This document shows positions 39,286-51,866 of a DNA stretch of 64,000 bases, piece after piece. Position 1 is the stretch's first letter. Each line of letters starts with the position of its first letter. A program made the translations under genes and the position numbers. The DNA comes from Schizosaccharomyces osmophilus (Eukaryota): the NCBI RefSeq assembly GCF_027921745.1, contig NC_079238.1, positions 2,170,001 through 2,234,000 of the forward strand. The letters are read 5' to 3'. Below the pieces are notes generated by a model. That model was given only the letters and a program-made list of their open reading frames with translations, was not told where the DNA came from and did not search any database.

Positions 39286-41106
39286 ATGCCTCATACAGCT
39301 TCAAATGCAACATTGAAAAATACGGTCAATGTATTTACTTCTTCACTTTTAACAAGTACAGGTCCCTTTCCAAAGCCGTCTATTGGAGAATCAATAGTAC
39401 AAAATGGTAATCATGCTTATTTATATGGCGGTCGTGACGCTGAAGATGGTACCCCCATGAACGATTTGTACTTCGTGGATTTGGAAACCGGCTCCTGGAA
39501 ACTGGTTGAAAATCAAGGACCTATAAAGCCTACTTTTCGATATTTCCATTCTGGGATTTTTTGGAATAACAATCTTGTCTTCTTCGGCGGAATTGGGTTT
39601 GACGAAGAGAATAATTCATTATGCAGTTTAAATTCGACCGAGATTTTTGATCTAGAAACCAAAACTTGGAGAGTTGTTCCACCCGAAGCAAGTAATTTTG
39701 CAAATACGGCTGACGCCGAAACGTTTACATGTGAACCTTTACCAAGGTATGGCCATTTGTACTGTGTTTTAGGAGATTATATGATTGTGTACTGTGGACA
39801 AGATCTCTCAAATAATTATATTGAACAAATCAATGCATTTGATTTGAGAACTGAGAAATGGGTTCATCGTTCTCCACTTGCATATCACTGTGGTGTTTAT
39901 AGGTCAAACTGTATATCATTAGATCGCGAAAGTGAATTCTTTCGATTTTGTACTTCTGAAGACGCTACTGAGCGACAGGACCAATTTGTTGGTTCGCTTT
40001 TATTTTATCTCAATTCAAATTTTGTTGACGTAAAACGTGAACTTATTTTATTAAAGCTGTACAAAGTGTCTGATGCTGAAAGAAACAAAGAGGGAATAGA
40101 TGAACGTGAAGGATATCACCCTGGTCTGTATTTTGAAGAAGAAAACGTAACTGAAAAATTTGTAGGCACGTCCATGCCTCCGGGACTTCGATTTCCACGC
40201 GTCTACATGGTTGGGGACAATTTAGTTCTTTCGGGAATATATCTCACTAGCTCTCGCCAGGCATTTGTCTTGTGGGTATATTCGCTGGACCGTGAAAACT
40301 GGATTCAATTAGATACCTTAGGTCTTTTAAATCACGGCTCATGGTTCAAATGCTTATGCATGCCTCAAAACAATCAGCTTGTTATTTTTGGGAACCAGAC
40401 GAGACGGCTTATACAAGACTATAATATCCGGCAGTCAAACTATGATAATGTAGTTTATATTGAGCTTGAAGCATACGGTGTATATAGAAGACCGAAAATT
40501 CCACATTATTCGGAAAGAAGCGAAAAATTAGGGAAGCTGCTATTGACTGGAGTAAGTGATATGGAAATTCTAACTCTTGATCGAAACCATATACCTTGTC
40601 TTTCCAAAATTCTGTATAAACGGTGGCCAAAATTTCAGAGATTGTTAGATCAAACTGCCGAAAATAATCAGGATGCCTTTCGAATGAGTCTTTCTGAACA
40701 CGGGCCTCAAGTGGCGGAGCTACCTTTTACACCTATAAACAGTACTGGAAGCCGAATGCTGTATATGCCTTACAGCTTTGAAACGTGCACTGCTTTTCTG
40801 TATTACTTGTATTGCGGAAAAATAAACGAATCCTACTTGTCAACGAAAACATTATGTAATTTATTAATTCTTGCCAAACACGATGAAGGAATGGAGACGT
40901 TTTTCCAATATATCGTACACCTTTTGCATAAAACGCTGAATCAAAATAACGTAAAAACTATCTATGAGATAGCCGTTTTGACAGGGGCCAAAGGACTTCA
41001 GCTTCGAGCATTAAGGAGGATCGCACGCATTGAACAAAATGGTGTTGCAATATCAAATCCTTCATTTTTGCCCAACTTGGAAAACCATGAACTACCCTCG
41101 TCCTGA
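39286..41106 (+). CDS. ral2: Kelch-repeat/BTB protein Ral2 (Ras1 pathway)
   Basis: Kelch repeats (YLYGG, RYFHS..LVFFGG, PRYGH), PPGLRFP, SDMEIL..RWP, and C-terminal GAKGLQLRALR. Confidence 0.92.
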   Translation: MPHTASNATLKNTVNVFTSSLLTSTGPFPKPSIGESIVQNGNHAYLYGGRDAEDGTPMNDLYFVDLETGSWKLVENQGPIKPTFRYFHSGIFWNNNLVFFGGIGFDEENNSLCSLNSTEIFDLETKTWRVVPPEASNFANTADAETFTCEPLPRYGHLYCVLGDYMIVYCGQDLSNNYIEQINAFDLRTEKWVHRSPLAYHCGVYRSNCISLDRESEFFRFCTSEDATERQDQFVGSLLFYLNSNFVDVKRELILLKLYKVSDAERNKEGIDEREGYHPGLYFEEENVTEKFVGTSMPPGLRFPRVYMVGDNLVLSGIYLTSSRQAFVLWVYSLDRENWIQLDTLGLLNHGSWFKCLCMPQNNQLVIFGNQTRRLIQDYNIRQSNYDNVVYIELEAYGVYRRPKIPHYSERSEKLGKLLLTGVSDMEILTLDRNHIPCLSKILYKRWPKFQRLLDQTAENNQDAFRMSLSEHGPQVAELPFTPINSTGSRMLYMPYSFETCTAFLYYLYCGKINESYLSTKTLCNLLILAKHDEGMETFFQYIVHLLHKTLNQNNVKTIYEIAVLTGAKGLQLRALRRIARIEQNGVAISNPSFLPNLENHELPSS

Positions 41107-41771
41107 TTTCATAAATCCTAATATCTTTGTTAATGTTTGTTGAGCGCTCTGCTCTTCAAATGCTCTCTCTTTTTCTAATTCTTTTTGGTTAATTATTTCG
41201 CCTTGCAGCTCTTCCTGTCGGGTTACATATCCGGTCCAATTATTTTGTTCACGCTCTTGCATTAACAAATCTCTTGCTTCTTCCCATAATGTGTCTTGAG
41301 GAAGAGGCTGTTTTTGGTTCTTAGACTTCAGAGACGGATCATTTTCATACTCCTCTAGGGTTGTGGTCTCCCATTCTTCAACGACTGGAAGAGGACGAGT
41401 TCGCAGCAAAGTTGTAAGAAGCGGTTCTTGCTCGCGGACAGGAAATTCCTCAGAAGGGAAAATATTTGTAGTTCGTAAGCTTTGAAAATGGATAGCTAGA
41501 GTATTGCTTAAAGAATGGATTTGAGATAATAGAATATTAAAATTCTTATGAATCGTTGGCCTATTTCATTTATCAGATTAGTAGGAAACTTTCAATTATA
41601 TCAATCAATCATAATGAAGCTTTCTCTTCCAATGTAAACTTACCACGGAGCGAGCTGTTCCGTTTGGTGCAAAATTGCTAGGAAATGACTCAGAGAATGG
41701 ACGATCTGGGTAGTTCTTTGTCGAATCCCTTCTAAAGACTCAACAGCTTTTTCAGACGAAATAATATCCAT
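41092..41771 (-). CDS. med8: Mediator subunit Med8 (1 intron)
   Basis: MDIISSEKAVESLEGIRQRTTQIVHSLSHFL..PW|PTIHKNFNILLSQ..FPVREQEPLLTTLLRTRPLPVVEEWE..ILGFMKSGRG*. Confidence 0.93.
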
Positions 41772-42392
41772 TGGAAAAACTCAAGTTTACCTTTCAAGGC
41801 TTATACAGACGAATGAATTCTTTTCAACGCGAGATTGACAACGAATTGCAAGCCGAACAGTCAAAACTATTACCAAAAATAGCAGAAAATTTTCTTCCTT
41901 TTTCAAGGATCGATACCAATGCTAAGGAATCTCCCGTTCACAAGTCAGAAAATACACTTTCCTTTATAACTCAGAAAAGCGATTTCCTGTTCTTGACTCA
42001 GTTCTACCAAACAATATGAATTATATCACTTTGGTGCGTTATAACGAATAACAAATTTACTTTTCATTACGATAGTAAACAATGATGGAATCCTGTTGGA
42101 AACCTTTGTATTTTCAATATTATATAGCAAATATGAAGTGAGAATTCATGTTAAGGTGAATTCTAAACATATAGCTGGAAAAAGAAACCGATATTTGATG
42201 ACTATACTGACTCAAAGGACAAATCTCGTTTATGAGACCTCAACCATCGCATTATGGTATTCTTGACAAGAAACTTACCGAACGACATTCAAACCATTTC
42301 ACTTATCAAAAAATTGAATTCCCTTTTATTCCCTATTCTAATCTCTAGGTAGTTTCACGAACTTTTATTGCTAGCTGAAGTCGCATACCAAA

Positions 42393-43378
42393 ATGGCAGA
42401 CACGGAAGAAAGTGGTCGAAAATATTGGTTGATGAAAGCTGAAGGCGAGCCTCGTATTGTTAAAGGGATTAATGTTGCTTTCACGTTTGAGATGCTGGAG
42501 AATATTACTAATGAAGGAAAGATGGAGTCTTGGAGCGGTGTCAGAAACTATGAGGCTCGTAATATGATTCGAGATCAGATGTCAGTAGGCGATTATGCGT
42601 TTCTTTATTGTTCAAATTGTAAATTCCCTCATATTCGAGGTAAGTGAATGATTTCGTCTTCGTCGCTAGAATACTAACAAAAACTTCAACAGGTGTAATG
42701 GAGGTAACTCACTTTTCAACATTAATGGATTTGGAAAGATTTGTGCATTTTCCTTCTTTGCAGAAGTTTATGAAATCTCTAAAGTCTTTGCAATGTTTAC
42801 CCATCCATTGAAAAATTTGGCATCCAATACATTTACTAACACAGTTATTGTTTAGATTTGCTCAAATCCTCATCCCGATGGTAAGTACTAACCGCTTAGC
42901 TGAAAGGTGTTTTAACAAAAATGAAGATTCTTGCTGGGACCCGAATGATCCCTATTATGATCCGAAATCAACAAAGGAAAAGCCCAGGTGGTATTCAGTA
43001 GGCGTACAATCGCGATATCCTTTGAAAAGGTCTGTAACTCTTAGAGAACTAAAATTGCATTTGAACGGAAAGCTCTCACAAATGTCAATGCTTAATCGGG
43101 CACGGCTTAGTATTTCAAAGGTTCGTCAAGAAGAATGGGATTTCATACATCAACTTGCTGAATTGCCCGAACCCGGTGAAGTACAAGAAGCAAGAGAGAA
43201 GGAAGATCAAAAGGAAAGGAAGAAGAGAGACCGACGGGTAGAGGACGATGGGAAGGAGGACAGCAAGCAGAAGAAAAGCAAAAGCCCCTATAACGCTGCA
43301 GCGGGAGACGACGATACCTCATTGAACACTATTAAACAAAGTAGAATCAAAGAATGCAATATAAAAACAAGCATATGA
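42393..43378 (+). CDS. EVE-domain (THYN1/Thy28-like) protein, 4 exons including an 11-nt exon at 42693-42703
   Basis: YWLMKAEGEPR, WSGVRNYEARN, FLYCSNCK, DPYYDPKS..PRW, RARLSI motifs. Confidence 0.9.
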
Positions 43379-43473
43379 TTTTACTAGTATCTGCGAGCAA
43401 ATTATCAAAATTGAAACTACTTTTTTGTCTGTTGATTGTCATTTTATTTAAGACATTCCATTCCTGTCAGAGC

Positions 43474-45128
43474 TCATTTTCCAAGCTTGATGGTATTTTC
43501 CAGATCACACGACTTTTTGATTCCGATTACTTCAAGATTATGAATTAAGAACCTTTCTTCAAACAGCGCTCCCGATAATTGCTTTCCTTCTTCAAATGCC
43601 CCATGCCCAGCGTGTCTAAAAAATCCGTACTCTAGACTGTCATCGATGAGCATGTTTACTCCAGGACTTTCCACTAGCAAATCGTTCGTGACATGGTTCC
43701 GCCTTAGTCCAAAGCAGATGCCTAAAGTTTTATCGAATATACAGAAACTGGATTCCTTTCTTGTAGCACGAAACACTTGATGTCTTGGCCGAAGCTGAAA
43801 AAGAAAGGAATTTGAGTTACCGAAAAACTCAGATTGAGACTGTTTCCACGGAGTTGTTATGTACGCACCAAGAACAACTGGGGATTCTTCTACAGGTTCA
43901 TGATTTTCAAATAAGTCCAGTATTTCCGTGCATTGATGAGAATCATTTGAATACTTTTTAGGGTATTTATTTTCAAATGCCAATTGCCGAGAATTTCTTT
44001 TCTTCTCGGAAATCCTATGACCCTTAAACAGCAGGATAGTAGGTTCATTAAAATTTAATACGCGACGTTCAATTGCGGACATTGAGTAGCCATGATTATT
44101 AGAGTTAAAAAGACTAATCAAGTTTTTGTAATTGAACGAGGAATTGGGAATACATAAGCGCAATTGGGCATAAAGAAGAGGGTCTAAGACAGAGAAGGAG
44201 TTGAAACATAATTCATCAATTTGAGCCGGTTGAGCATGCGGTTGGGAATAAAGGATATAGTCAAATAGACATCCTAGATGATTGAGTAAGAACGGATTTT
44301 CGTCTAAAAAAGTCATAAAGTCATCGAAAAGCAAAAGCGGCGTGGACCCGTCTTTCTTCATCCCACAGATCAGAATATCAGCAACGTTTTCTGCTTTCTT
44401 GTAATATGGAATAGAAAATCTGTTTATATGGTTACCAATGGATTCCCCCGGCTGAAGATCGACTATACACAAAGCAAGTATACAGATTCGATGGAAGTTA
44501 GTAATTCGCATACGAGGAAAATGCTTGGCATCAGGCGTCTTTTTCCCCACATTTCGAACTGTCTTTCGATCGTAAGTTTCATTGAGTATACCCTTGTTTT
44601 CTTGAGGAATCGAGTCGCACCAACTTTGGAAAATGAGTGAATATCTTTTGTCCTCACTCCATACATTCCGATGTCTTTCCGTAATGCAAGCTATAAACCT
44701 TGCAAGAGCTGAAAATGTTAAGCAATCACGATTTCGATTATGAGAGCCAAAATAACAGGCTGCTCGATAAAAAAAAGAAGAAAGCTGCAAGGTATCAGGG
44801 ATTCCAAAAAAGGTAATGCTAAAGAACGAGCGTCAGTAACTGAACAGAAAAAAAAGAGTAATAGAGTAAATTGATCATTCTTTTCACTCTTGAGCTTACA
44901 AGGCATCTTCCGTCCAGACTTTCTCCCCATTTTCAAAACTTGCGAGGGCATTGAAGTTTTCTAACTATATTAGAGTCCCCAATTGCTAATTGCAAGGCTC
45001 ATACCTTTTAAATTATAACGTTCTAGAGGATTGAAGTTTTTTAAAAGAGAAGAAGTTTCCTGTATGTATGGTTTCAAAAGCTTAGGAGAAACCTCCGTAC
45101 TTCCTAGTAAAGCTTTGAGGTTTTTCAT
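43474..45128 (-). CDS. rtc5: TLDc-domain protein Rtc5 (multi-exon)
   Basis: HGYSMSAIERRV..PTILLFKG, VLGAYITTPW..FFGNSNSFLFQLRP, LEVIG. The start at 45128 is a best guess. Confidence 0.8.
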
Positions 45129-45519
45129 GTTTCTACCATCATTCCTCTTCACAAATGTAAGAAATTGGATTGTATTGAAAGTAGTGTTTTAGGGAAAATC
45201 ACTTTATGCATATAAATCATGATGTAAGGGAGTTTAGGTTCAATTAAGCGCAAGTAAATAATCACGAAAAAGTAAACACTCATGCATGAAGAGTTTACTT
45301 TTGGATTCGAAAAGACTCATAAACATACAAACTGAACAAAAAAAATAAAATTAAATATTAACGATAGTAATGTACAAATGCTTTCTCTATACTCAAAAAC
45401 AATAAACAACAGACAGAACCATGATATAACAACGAATAAAAAATAAAAGGAACGTTCCCTGACCGTTATTGAGAAAAATACACAAAGGACGAAGTGTTCG
45501 GAGAGGTTGGAAATCAGCT

Positions 45520-46961
45520 TTAAATCGAAAGCCCTCGAAATACAGTATCGAGCAACTGTTTAAACTCCTGTAATTGCTCGTAGATGCCCCTTTCACCACA
45601 TAGGGCGTTCGAAAACTCGTTCAATGAGTAAATCTCTGCATCCTCAGAGGAATCGATATCATCAGTATCTAGCAATCGCTTGAGGGATTCACATTCTATT
45701 AAGAATTCATCCAAATTCTCTAATTTCTAATCGGATTAGTAAAGTAAGCGCAATAAATATACAAGAAGAATGTTCGTACTTGGGAAGTATCAGAGGTTTC
45801 TCGATAACTTAATCGCAAATTCTTCTTTTTATTCTGAAGAGCAAGTCTTTCCTGTCGAACGTTGGACAGCTCCTGTTGTAAAGCAAATTTTTCTTTCGCT
45901 GCCTTTCTAGAAGCTGAATATAGAGCTTGGTTTACGTCCAACAAATCAATGAATTCCAAAAGCCTTACGGAGACATGCTCACCAAAAGCATTTTTCACCT
46001 TCAAAAGATATGGATCTCCTGGTTCAATCTCTGCAAGCAGTTCCTGAAATAGCTGTTGTATTACGTCAAAACTATTCAGTTTCTTTTTCCCATTCGCGTT
46101 CTTGGATAGTTTCGTCAGTTCAATGCTCACCAATTCATCCGTTCCTTGCGGTGGTGAGAGCTCCTTAAAAGCCGAAGTTGTTTTTATTGGTAAGTTAACA
46201 GGAGGCACATTTTTGGGTAAATCTTCTCTTCCTATGTCTTTATCATGGATATTATGAACGGAAGATGATATTGGGGAGGGGATACGTTCTTGAGGAGCCT
46301 CTGAACTCACGAAGGCTCTGATGCTTGAGTCTGCATGCACAGCTTCATAGTTTTGTTCAGATTGCTGTTGTTCTAATAAAAGGGATTTCTCGTTTTCCTG
46401 CTGGTTACTCGGTGATTTTTCATTGGGACGATAAGGCTGAATGAAGGGTTCATACAATTTCCGAGCAGCCTCTTGCTTGGAACGTTTTTTAGCACTCTCT
46501 GTCTTTGCATAAGGCTGTCGCTTGGTTGTAGCTATATCACTTTTTCTAGCGGACGTATTTGGAGTCTGATCTTTTCGAGGCCGTCCTCGTTTTTCTCGCT
46601 TTGACGAGGAAGCTGGTTCGGGACGTCCCTGAGGTTTTTTTGGAAGCAACGATGCTATATCTTGATGTGCTTGTTGGGAATCATCTACTCCATTCACTGC
46701 CTGGGTGTCACCAGTGGCTGCTCCATTCAATGTATTCTTATTTTTACCACCAGGAGAAGTGGAAGAGAGACTACGATGCTCAGAATTTGAAGGGGAGGAA
46801 TTCATCTCTGTCAAAAGGTTTGGATCAATAGAAAACTCAACATCTTTAACTTTATACCGCCTAATAATCGTTAGCTTTTAGTACTATTCTTGAATATCAT
46901 ACTCAGCACCACGCATTCGCGCAGCTCTTCTCTGATTCACATCTTGAACATCTTCTCCCAT
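45520..46961 (-). CDS. mis17: Kinetochore protein Mis17 (CENP-U/Ame1), 3 exons
   Basis: N-terminus MGEDVQDVNQRRAARMRGAEY, a disordered middle with an AT-hook-like KRGRPRK, LNSFDVIQQ and a coiled coil; synteny. Confidence 0.75.
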
Positions 46962-47707
46962 GATTTGATTAAATTCAGCAAATTCAGGTACCCATTACCG
47001 TCGACAGGATAATGGTTGTTGACGACGTTTCTGACCAGCCTTCTCAACAAACAACCACAATTTTAACATCTGAGCATATAAATAACCCAAATAAAGGAAG
47101 TTTTACTGTTTGATATTATCGTAGTTTATATTTATCCATGTTTTGCAATTAGAGAGTAAAAGCGTAAATACGAATTAAGTAGTATACAAAATTCGGTCTA
47201 ATTTAGCAATCGACATGTAACAAACGCGTTCTGAAACATCATCACTTATTACATAACAAGCTTTAATTTTTTATATCTTTGAGACATTAAGAGTGAAGGA
47301 ACATGAAACTATGAAACAATTCAGGCCTACCATATAACCATCATTTCTCTAGGTAACCGTATACAAATAGAAACCCTTTTATTTCAATTAGTAGGTTTAT
47401 GTTTCTTTCTAACCACGGTTTCGAGATTTATTTCCATCGTAGTTTGCGCTAAACACGCACAGCCTTTCATTTGCCTTCTCCTCCTCCGAGAGATTCCTAC
47501 TTCAGTATTCTCCTGAGCTTCCATAAACTATTTACTTTACAATCCAACATATTGAACTTCTTGTTAGCTTCAAAAAGGAAGAACCAAAGTGAAAGTCGTT
47601 CAATTGTACATAGTACGCTACACAAAGAATAATTTGGATTTCTATGACTCGAGTCGCTCTTACTGACACTTATTTGATTTAAGTAATAGATTTTTGTTGC
47701 TTTAACA

Positions 47708-48970
47708 ATGGAGGATTCGGATGTACCAAAGAAAAATGGTATGCTTTGAATACTACGATGCTGAATATACTAATACAGTTCTAGACGAAAAATGCCCGCT
47801 TTGTCGAGCTGATCGTTACTTAAATCCCAATATGAAATTGCTCATTAATCCAGAATGCTATCACAAAATGTGTGAATCTTGCGTCGATGTATGGTATAAG
47901 AGACGTTCGTGTTTAACACACGCAAACAATCAAGAATCGAGTTGCTAATTACGGGTCTTAGAGAATCTTTACCACTGGACCAGCTGCTTGTCCGACTCCA
48001 GGATGCGGCAAAATCCTTCGAAAAGCCAAGTTTCGTGAACAGACCTTTGAAGATGCACAAATAGAACGGGAAATTGACGTTCGCCGGAGGATTGCTAAAA
48101 TGTATATAATTATGTCTTGAACTTATCTAACGATGACTCTAGCTTTAATAAGGGTCAGCAAGACTTTGAGTCCTTACAAGAATACAATGACTATTTGGAA
48201 GAAGTTGAGAATTTGAGTATGTTACCAAAAGGTCTGCAGTCTTTTATTTTATGCTAATTTTGTGCATAGCTTTCAACTTAATTTATCAAGTCGATGTCGA
48301 AGAAACCGAAAAAAGGGTCCAACAATACGAAAAACAAAACCGCGAGTCAATTGCACTTAACTCCGCACGAGCTGCAGCTGAATCTCGGTTGTTTGCTCAA
48401 AATGAAATTCTACTAAAGAAACAAAAACAAGAAGCTAGAGATGCTGTTGTTAGAGAACATGAGTTAGAACGAGAACGGCGAGAACAGGTTGAACAGCAAA
48501 TCATCCATGACTTGGCTACGTCTGGTAAAGATCCAAATAAAATTGTGAAACTTACAGAGACGCTCAAAAAGCATCGGGAAAAAAAAGATTCTCCACAGCT
48601 CGATCCTTCACGATCTTCTGCTTTGTATCCCGGTCTTCAAAACTTGGCCTTACGAAGGCTTAAAGAAGAGCAGATGCCTTTCAGCCCGCTTGCGGGTGAA
48701 CGAAACACAAGCAAATATTATGATTATTCTATTGAGAACTATAACGACCCGTATGTATTTCTGTTATCGAAAATCTTTGTGCTAATCATTTCTAGCTTTA
48801 TGGATAAAATAACCAAGGAACCAAACCGGTCAATTGGTTTTAGAGTGGAAGATTGTCATCTTCGTTGTTTATACGAAGCGTTTAGTGGTCTTGATTTCGA
48901 TCTTACAGAAATTAATCCCCCAACCAAAACCGACTCGAATGTTCAGGCAGCCACGATGAGTACTTCATAA
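47708..48970 (+). CDS. pmh1: TFIIH/CAK assembly factor MAT1 (Pmh1/Tfb3), RING finger, multi-exon
   Basis: CPLCRADRYLNPNMKLLINPECYHKMCESCVD|RIFTTGPAACPTPGCGKILRK..FEDAQIEREIDVR; YNDYLEEVE. Confidence 0.94.
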
Positions 48971-49097
48971 CCATTTTTGTGTAAATAATACATTATAACT
49001 TTCTATAGTCTTTATTTTGCAACCACAAAGGATTTTTCCTTAAAACCAAAGACCAAATTTTATTCATACACAAAACCGTTAACCTAGAGCTTGTTCC

Positions 49098-49862
49098 TTA
49101 ATAAGGATTAAAACGTCGATTAACTTTAAGTTGTTCAATTCGTTGCTTATCCAATTCAAATTTGTGAGCCAAGCCTTGCAACTTCTTCTTTTTCTCGTTT
49201 CGTAATTGGAAACGGTAAAAGTCCTTGTGAATTCCTGTCTCTTTCTTCTTTTGTAAAAGCCTTTCAGCTTCTTCAGGATTACCAACCGATTGATGGGTAC
49301 CTCGAACAACAGGGATAAAACCATCTTCGTCGGGTTGATTTCTCAACTTACGAAGACGATTCTTCTCTGTTATTTCTTGGTTTGTTAATCTCTTCATATA
49401 CCCCTCAACACTTTCTTCCAAGACTTGAGCGTTGGGAAATTGTCGATCATATTTTTCTAAATAACCTATCATCAAAAAGTTAGCACATGCCAAACGATCC
49501 ACTTAATCCTTACGTTTTAGCCCTGATGATTGTGAGTAAACCCAAGGAATAGTTGTTGAGCTCTTTGAAGCTGCTTTTAACACATGTTTTACTTCAGCTT
49601 TTTCCAACAATTTCACGCGTAAATTTGTTCCTGCCTTTAATAGTCCTTGAATTGAAGGGTATACAGAGACAAGTCGTCCTCCTAATTTCGACATGGCATT
49701 TCGTAAAACTTTTTCAGTGGTAGTAACTGGAACGTTTACTAAATAAACAGATTTTTCTTCAGGATCTTCGCTGTCTGCTCTTAAAAAAATATTTTGAGCT
49801 TTTTCTGAATCATTTAGAGTAATTTTGAGCTTGATGAAGCCCTTTTCTTTCAATTTGTCCAT
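49098..49862 (-). CDS. rrp7: rRNA processing protein Rrp7 (1 intron)
   Basis: YLVNVP RRM-like N-terminus; [31 protein letters not shown]-terminus. Confidence 0.92.
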
Positions 49863-50158
49863 AATTGGTGTAAAGGAAGGTGAGAGCGAAAACTATATGA
49901 GAAGTGGAATTATAGCGATGTATATGTAAGTATTATTATAGTGTTAAATGAAAATACTCATCAATTTTTAAAAATTTTGTATATTTTTAAAACTTGAAAT
50001 TCCTTATTGAGCAATTCTTTCCTTGGGTTACTTTCTGTCCTTGACAATGAAACAGCCCTTAACCAAGGTATAGGAGTAACGTGAAGCAATATAATAAAGT
50101 AATAAAATGCAGATTATAAAATCAAGCTACAGACCGAAGTGCGGAGAAGCTTTTTAGA

Positions 50159-50911
50159 TTAAAGCGTAGGCGATTCCCTTCGCTTGCCCTCTTTCATAAA
50201 TAACTTTCCAAACGTTTGTAGCTTCCTTAATTCAGTTTTAGAAGTTTTTTTATCAAATTTATCTCTTGCAAAGTTTTCCTTCAGAGGCAGTTCGTCGCTG
50301 ACACTGTCTCCATCAAACTGTGGCTCTTCAGAATTAGTTTTGCATTCTCTGGCAGACGAAGAAAAAGTTGAAGAATCCCTAGAATCTTTTGTAACCATTG
50401 GTTCATTAGAATCATCGAAAATGTTTATATCATTCAAAGGAGAAGTCTGGGGTTGAACATCAGTTATTTTAGTACCTAGATTTGTGGTAGAACCCATAAA
50501 CTGGTGCTGGGAAATATCAAACGGGTTTCTTATAGGAGTTGTAAATGCCTCTTTGGTATGTATGCTATCAAAGCTGCTATTCTTTTCCTCTTTTACATTA
50601 ATTGCTTTTGAAGGACTCATGGGATCATCATTATTCTTAGCCAATGTGGGCCGCTTTGTCTGTTTCTCTAAGTTGTTGTAAATTCGTTTGTTCTTGGCTT
50701 TCTTTTCTGAGCCTAGATTTGATTCCTCATTTTGTTGATTGATAGTAGAAGGAGTTAATGCATGTTCTGGCTCGTAAGTTACAATCGTTTTTTGTTTTAT
50801 GACTTCAGAGGCATCCTTTATAAGCTTTGATTTAGGCAAGGATCGAAACACTTGCTCAAATTTGGAGTCCACAAACTGATGTACGTAAGGATCTTTGGTA
50901 GAAATGGGCAT
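50159..50911 (-). CDS. Uncharacterised low-complexity 250-aa protein at the syntenic position of mis20/eic2
   Basis: First ATG at 50911 (MPISTKDPYV), long open frame. Identity rests on remembered synteny only. Confidence 0.55.
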   Translation of the reverse strand: MPISTKDPYVHQFVDSKFEQVFRSLPKSKLIKDASEVIKQKTIVTYEPEHALTPSTINQQNEESNLGSEKKAKNKRIYNNLEKQTKRPTLAKNNDDPMSPSKAINVKEEKNSSFDSIHTKEAFTTPIRNPFDISQHQFMGSTTNLGTKITDVQPQTSPLNDINIFDDSNEPMVTKDSRDSSTFSSSARECKTNSEEPQFDGDSVSDELPLKENFARDKFDKKTSKTELRKLQTFGKLFMKEGKRRESPTL

Positions 50912-51206
50912 AAACAAAAATTTTGAAATCAAAGATTTCCGTTGAGATGAAACTAAAGTATTATCTCTAGATCAAAGCCAAGCTTTTAATAAAGTTAGCA
51001 ATACGAGTTTTCAATGACACAGCTACAACCGAATACAGGGTTTTTAGTAATCCACTGAGGTCGTTCGATGGGGGTAAAAGGACGAGTTTGAGAAAGGGAA
51101 TTATACAAAGGAACTTTTGTTTGAAAAGCACGAAGGTGGTAAGCAAAGAATAAAAGAGATTGCACTTTTAATGACTTATAAATGTATATAAGCCGTACGT
51201 CGAAAC

Positions 51207-51330
51207 GTCTACGGCCACACCTAGGCGAAAACACCAGTTCCCGTCGGATCACTGCAGTTAAGCGTCTGAGAGTCTCCTTAGTTCAATACTGTGGTTGGAG
51301 ACAACATGAAAATCCGGGATGCTATAGGCT
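51207..51330 (+). rRNA. 5S rRNA gene, degenerate copy (probable pseudogene)
   Basis: GTCTACGGCCACACCTAGGCG...TAGGCT followed by a T-run. Differs from the 53755 copy by 7 substitutions and a 5-nt insertion (TCAAT). TATA about 30 bp upstream. Confidence 0.92.
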
Positions 51331-51866
51331 TTTTGCAATTCTTGTTCTTTTGTATGCAAGCATCCTGAAGAGTAATGAAAAGACCGGCGGACATCATGAC
51401 AAAAAATGCTTTACTTTCCAACATAAAGATATGCATTTCCAATCCCTTGTTAATTATCATTCAAAGAAACAGCATGGTTGTTTTGCCAAATGTTCCTTTG
51501 TTTACTTTTTGTAATAAACGACGACTCTTTTGAATTATACTATTACGAAAAGTTGCAATGAAAAACCAACGTTGAATAATCGTAACGAGGACTGTGACCA
51601 GTCAGTGACATAATGTCGCTGCTTTTATGAATTAAGACATGCGAAAAGCCATTACCAAGATTTTTTCAAAGTCGTATCTTTGGTTTTAAGGGAACACTCG
51701 TGTTGCAAGATTAGCTTGCTTTTTAAGCAAGGTCCAATTCCTTTTTCTGACAGAATTGTGAAGAGCGGAACCAGTTCCTACGGACTTTTCTCGGCGATTC
51801 AAAAGTTGATTTCGTTTAGAGGGTAAATATCGGTGCTATTTTTTGGTTTGAATTGCCATTGTAAAT

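Noticed and set aside
41771..42019. 82-aa ORF divergent from med8
   Set aside because: TTG start overlapping the med8 ATG, located in the shared promoter region, with no recognisable motif.
50025..50033. Single GGGTTACTT telomere-like unit
   Set aside because: One 9-mer in 64 kb is expected by chance, and there is no array.
50995..51514. ORFs 50995-51252, 51182-51514 and 51278-51460 (and likewise 53806-54054)
   Set aside because: These are translations of 5S rDNA and its flanks. Their mutual similarity (KPxASRIxMLSPT) simply reflects the two 5S copies.
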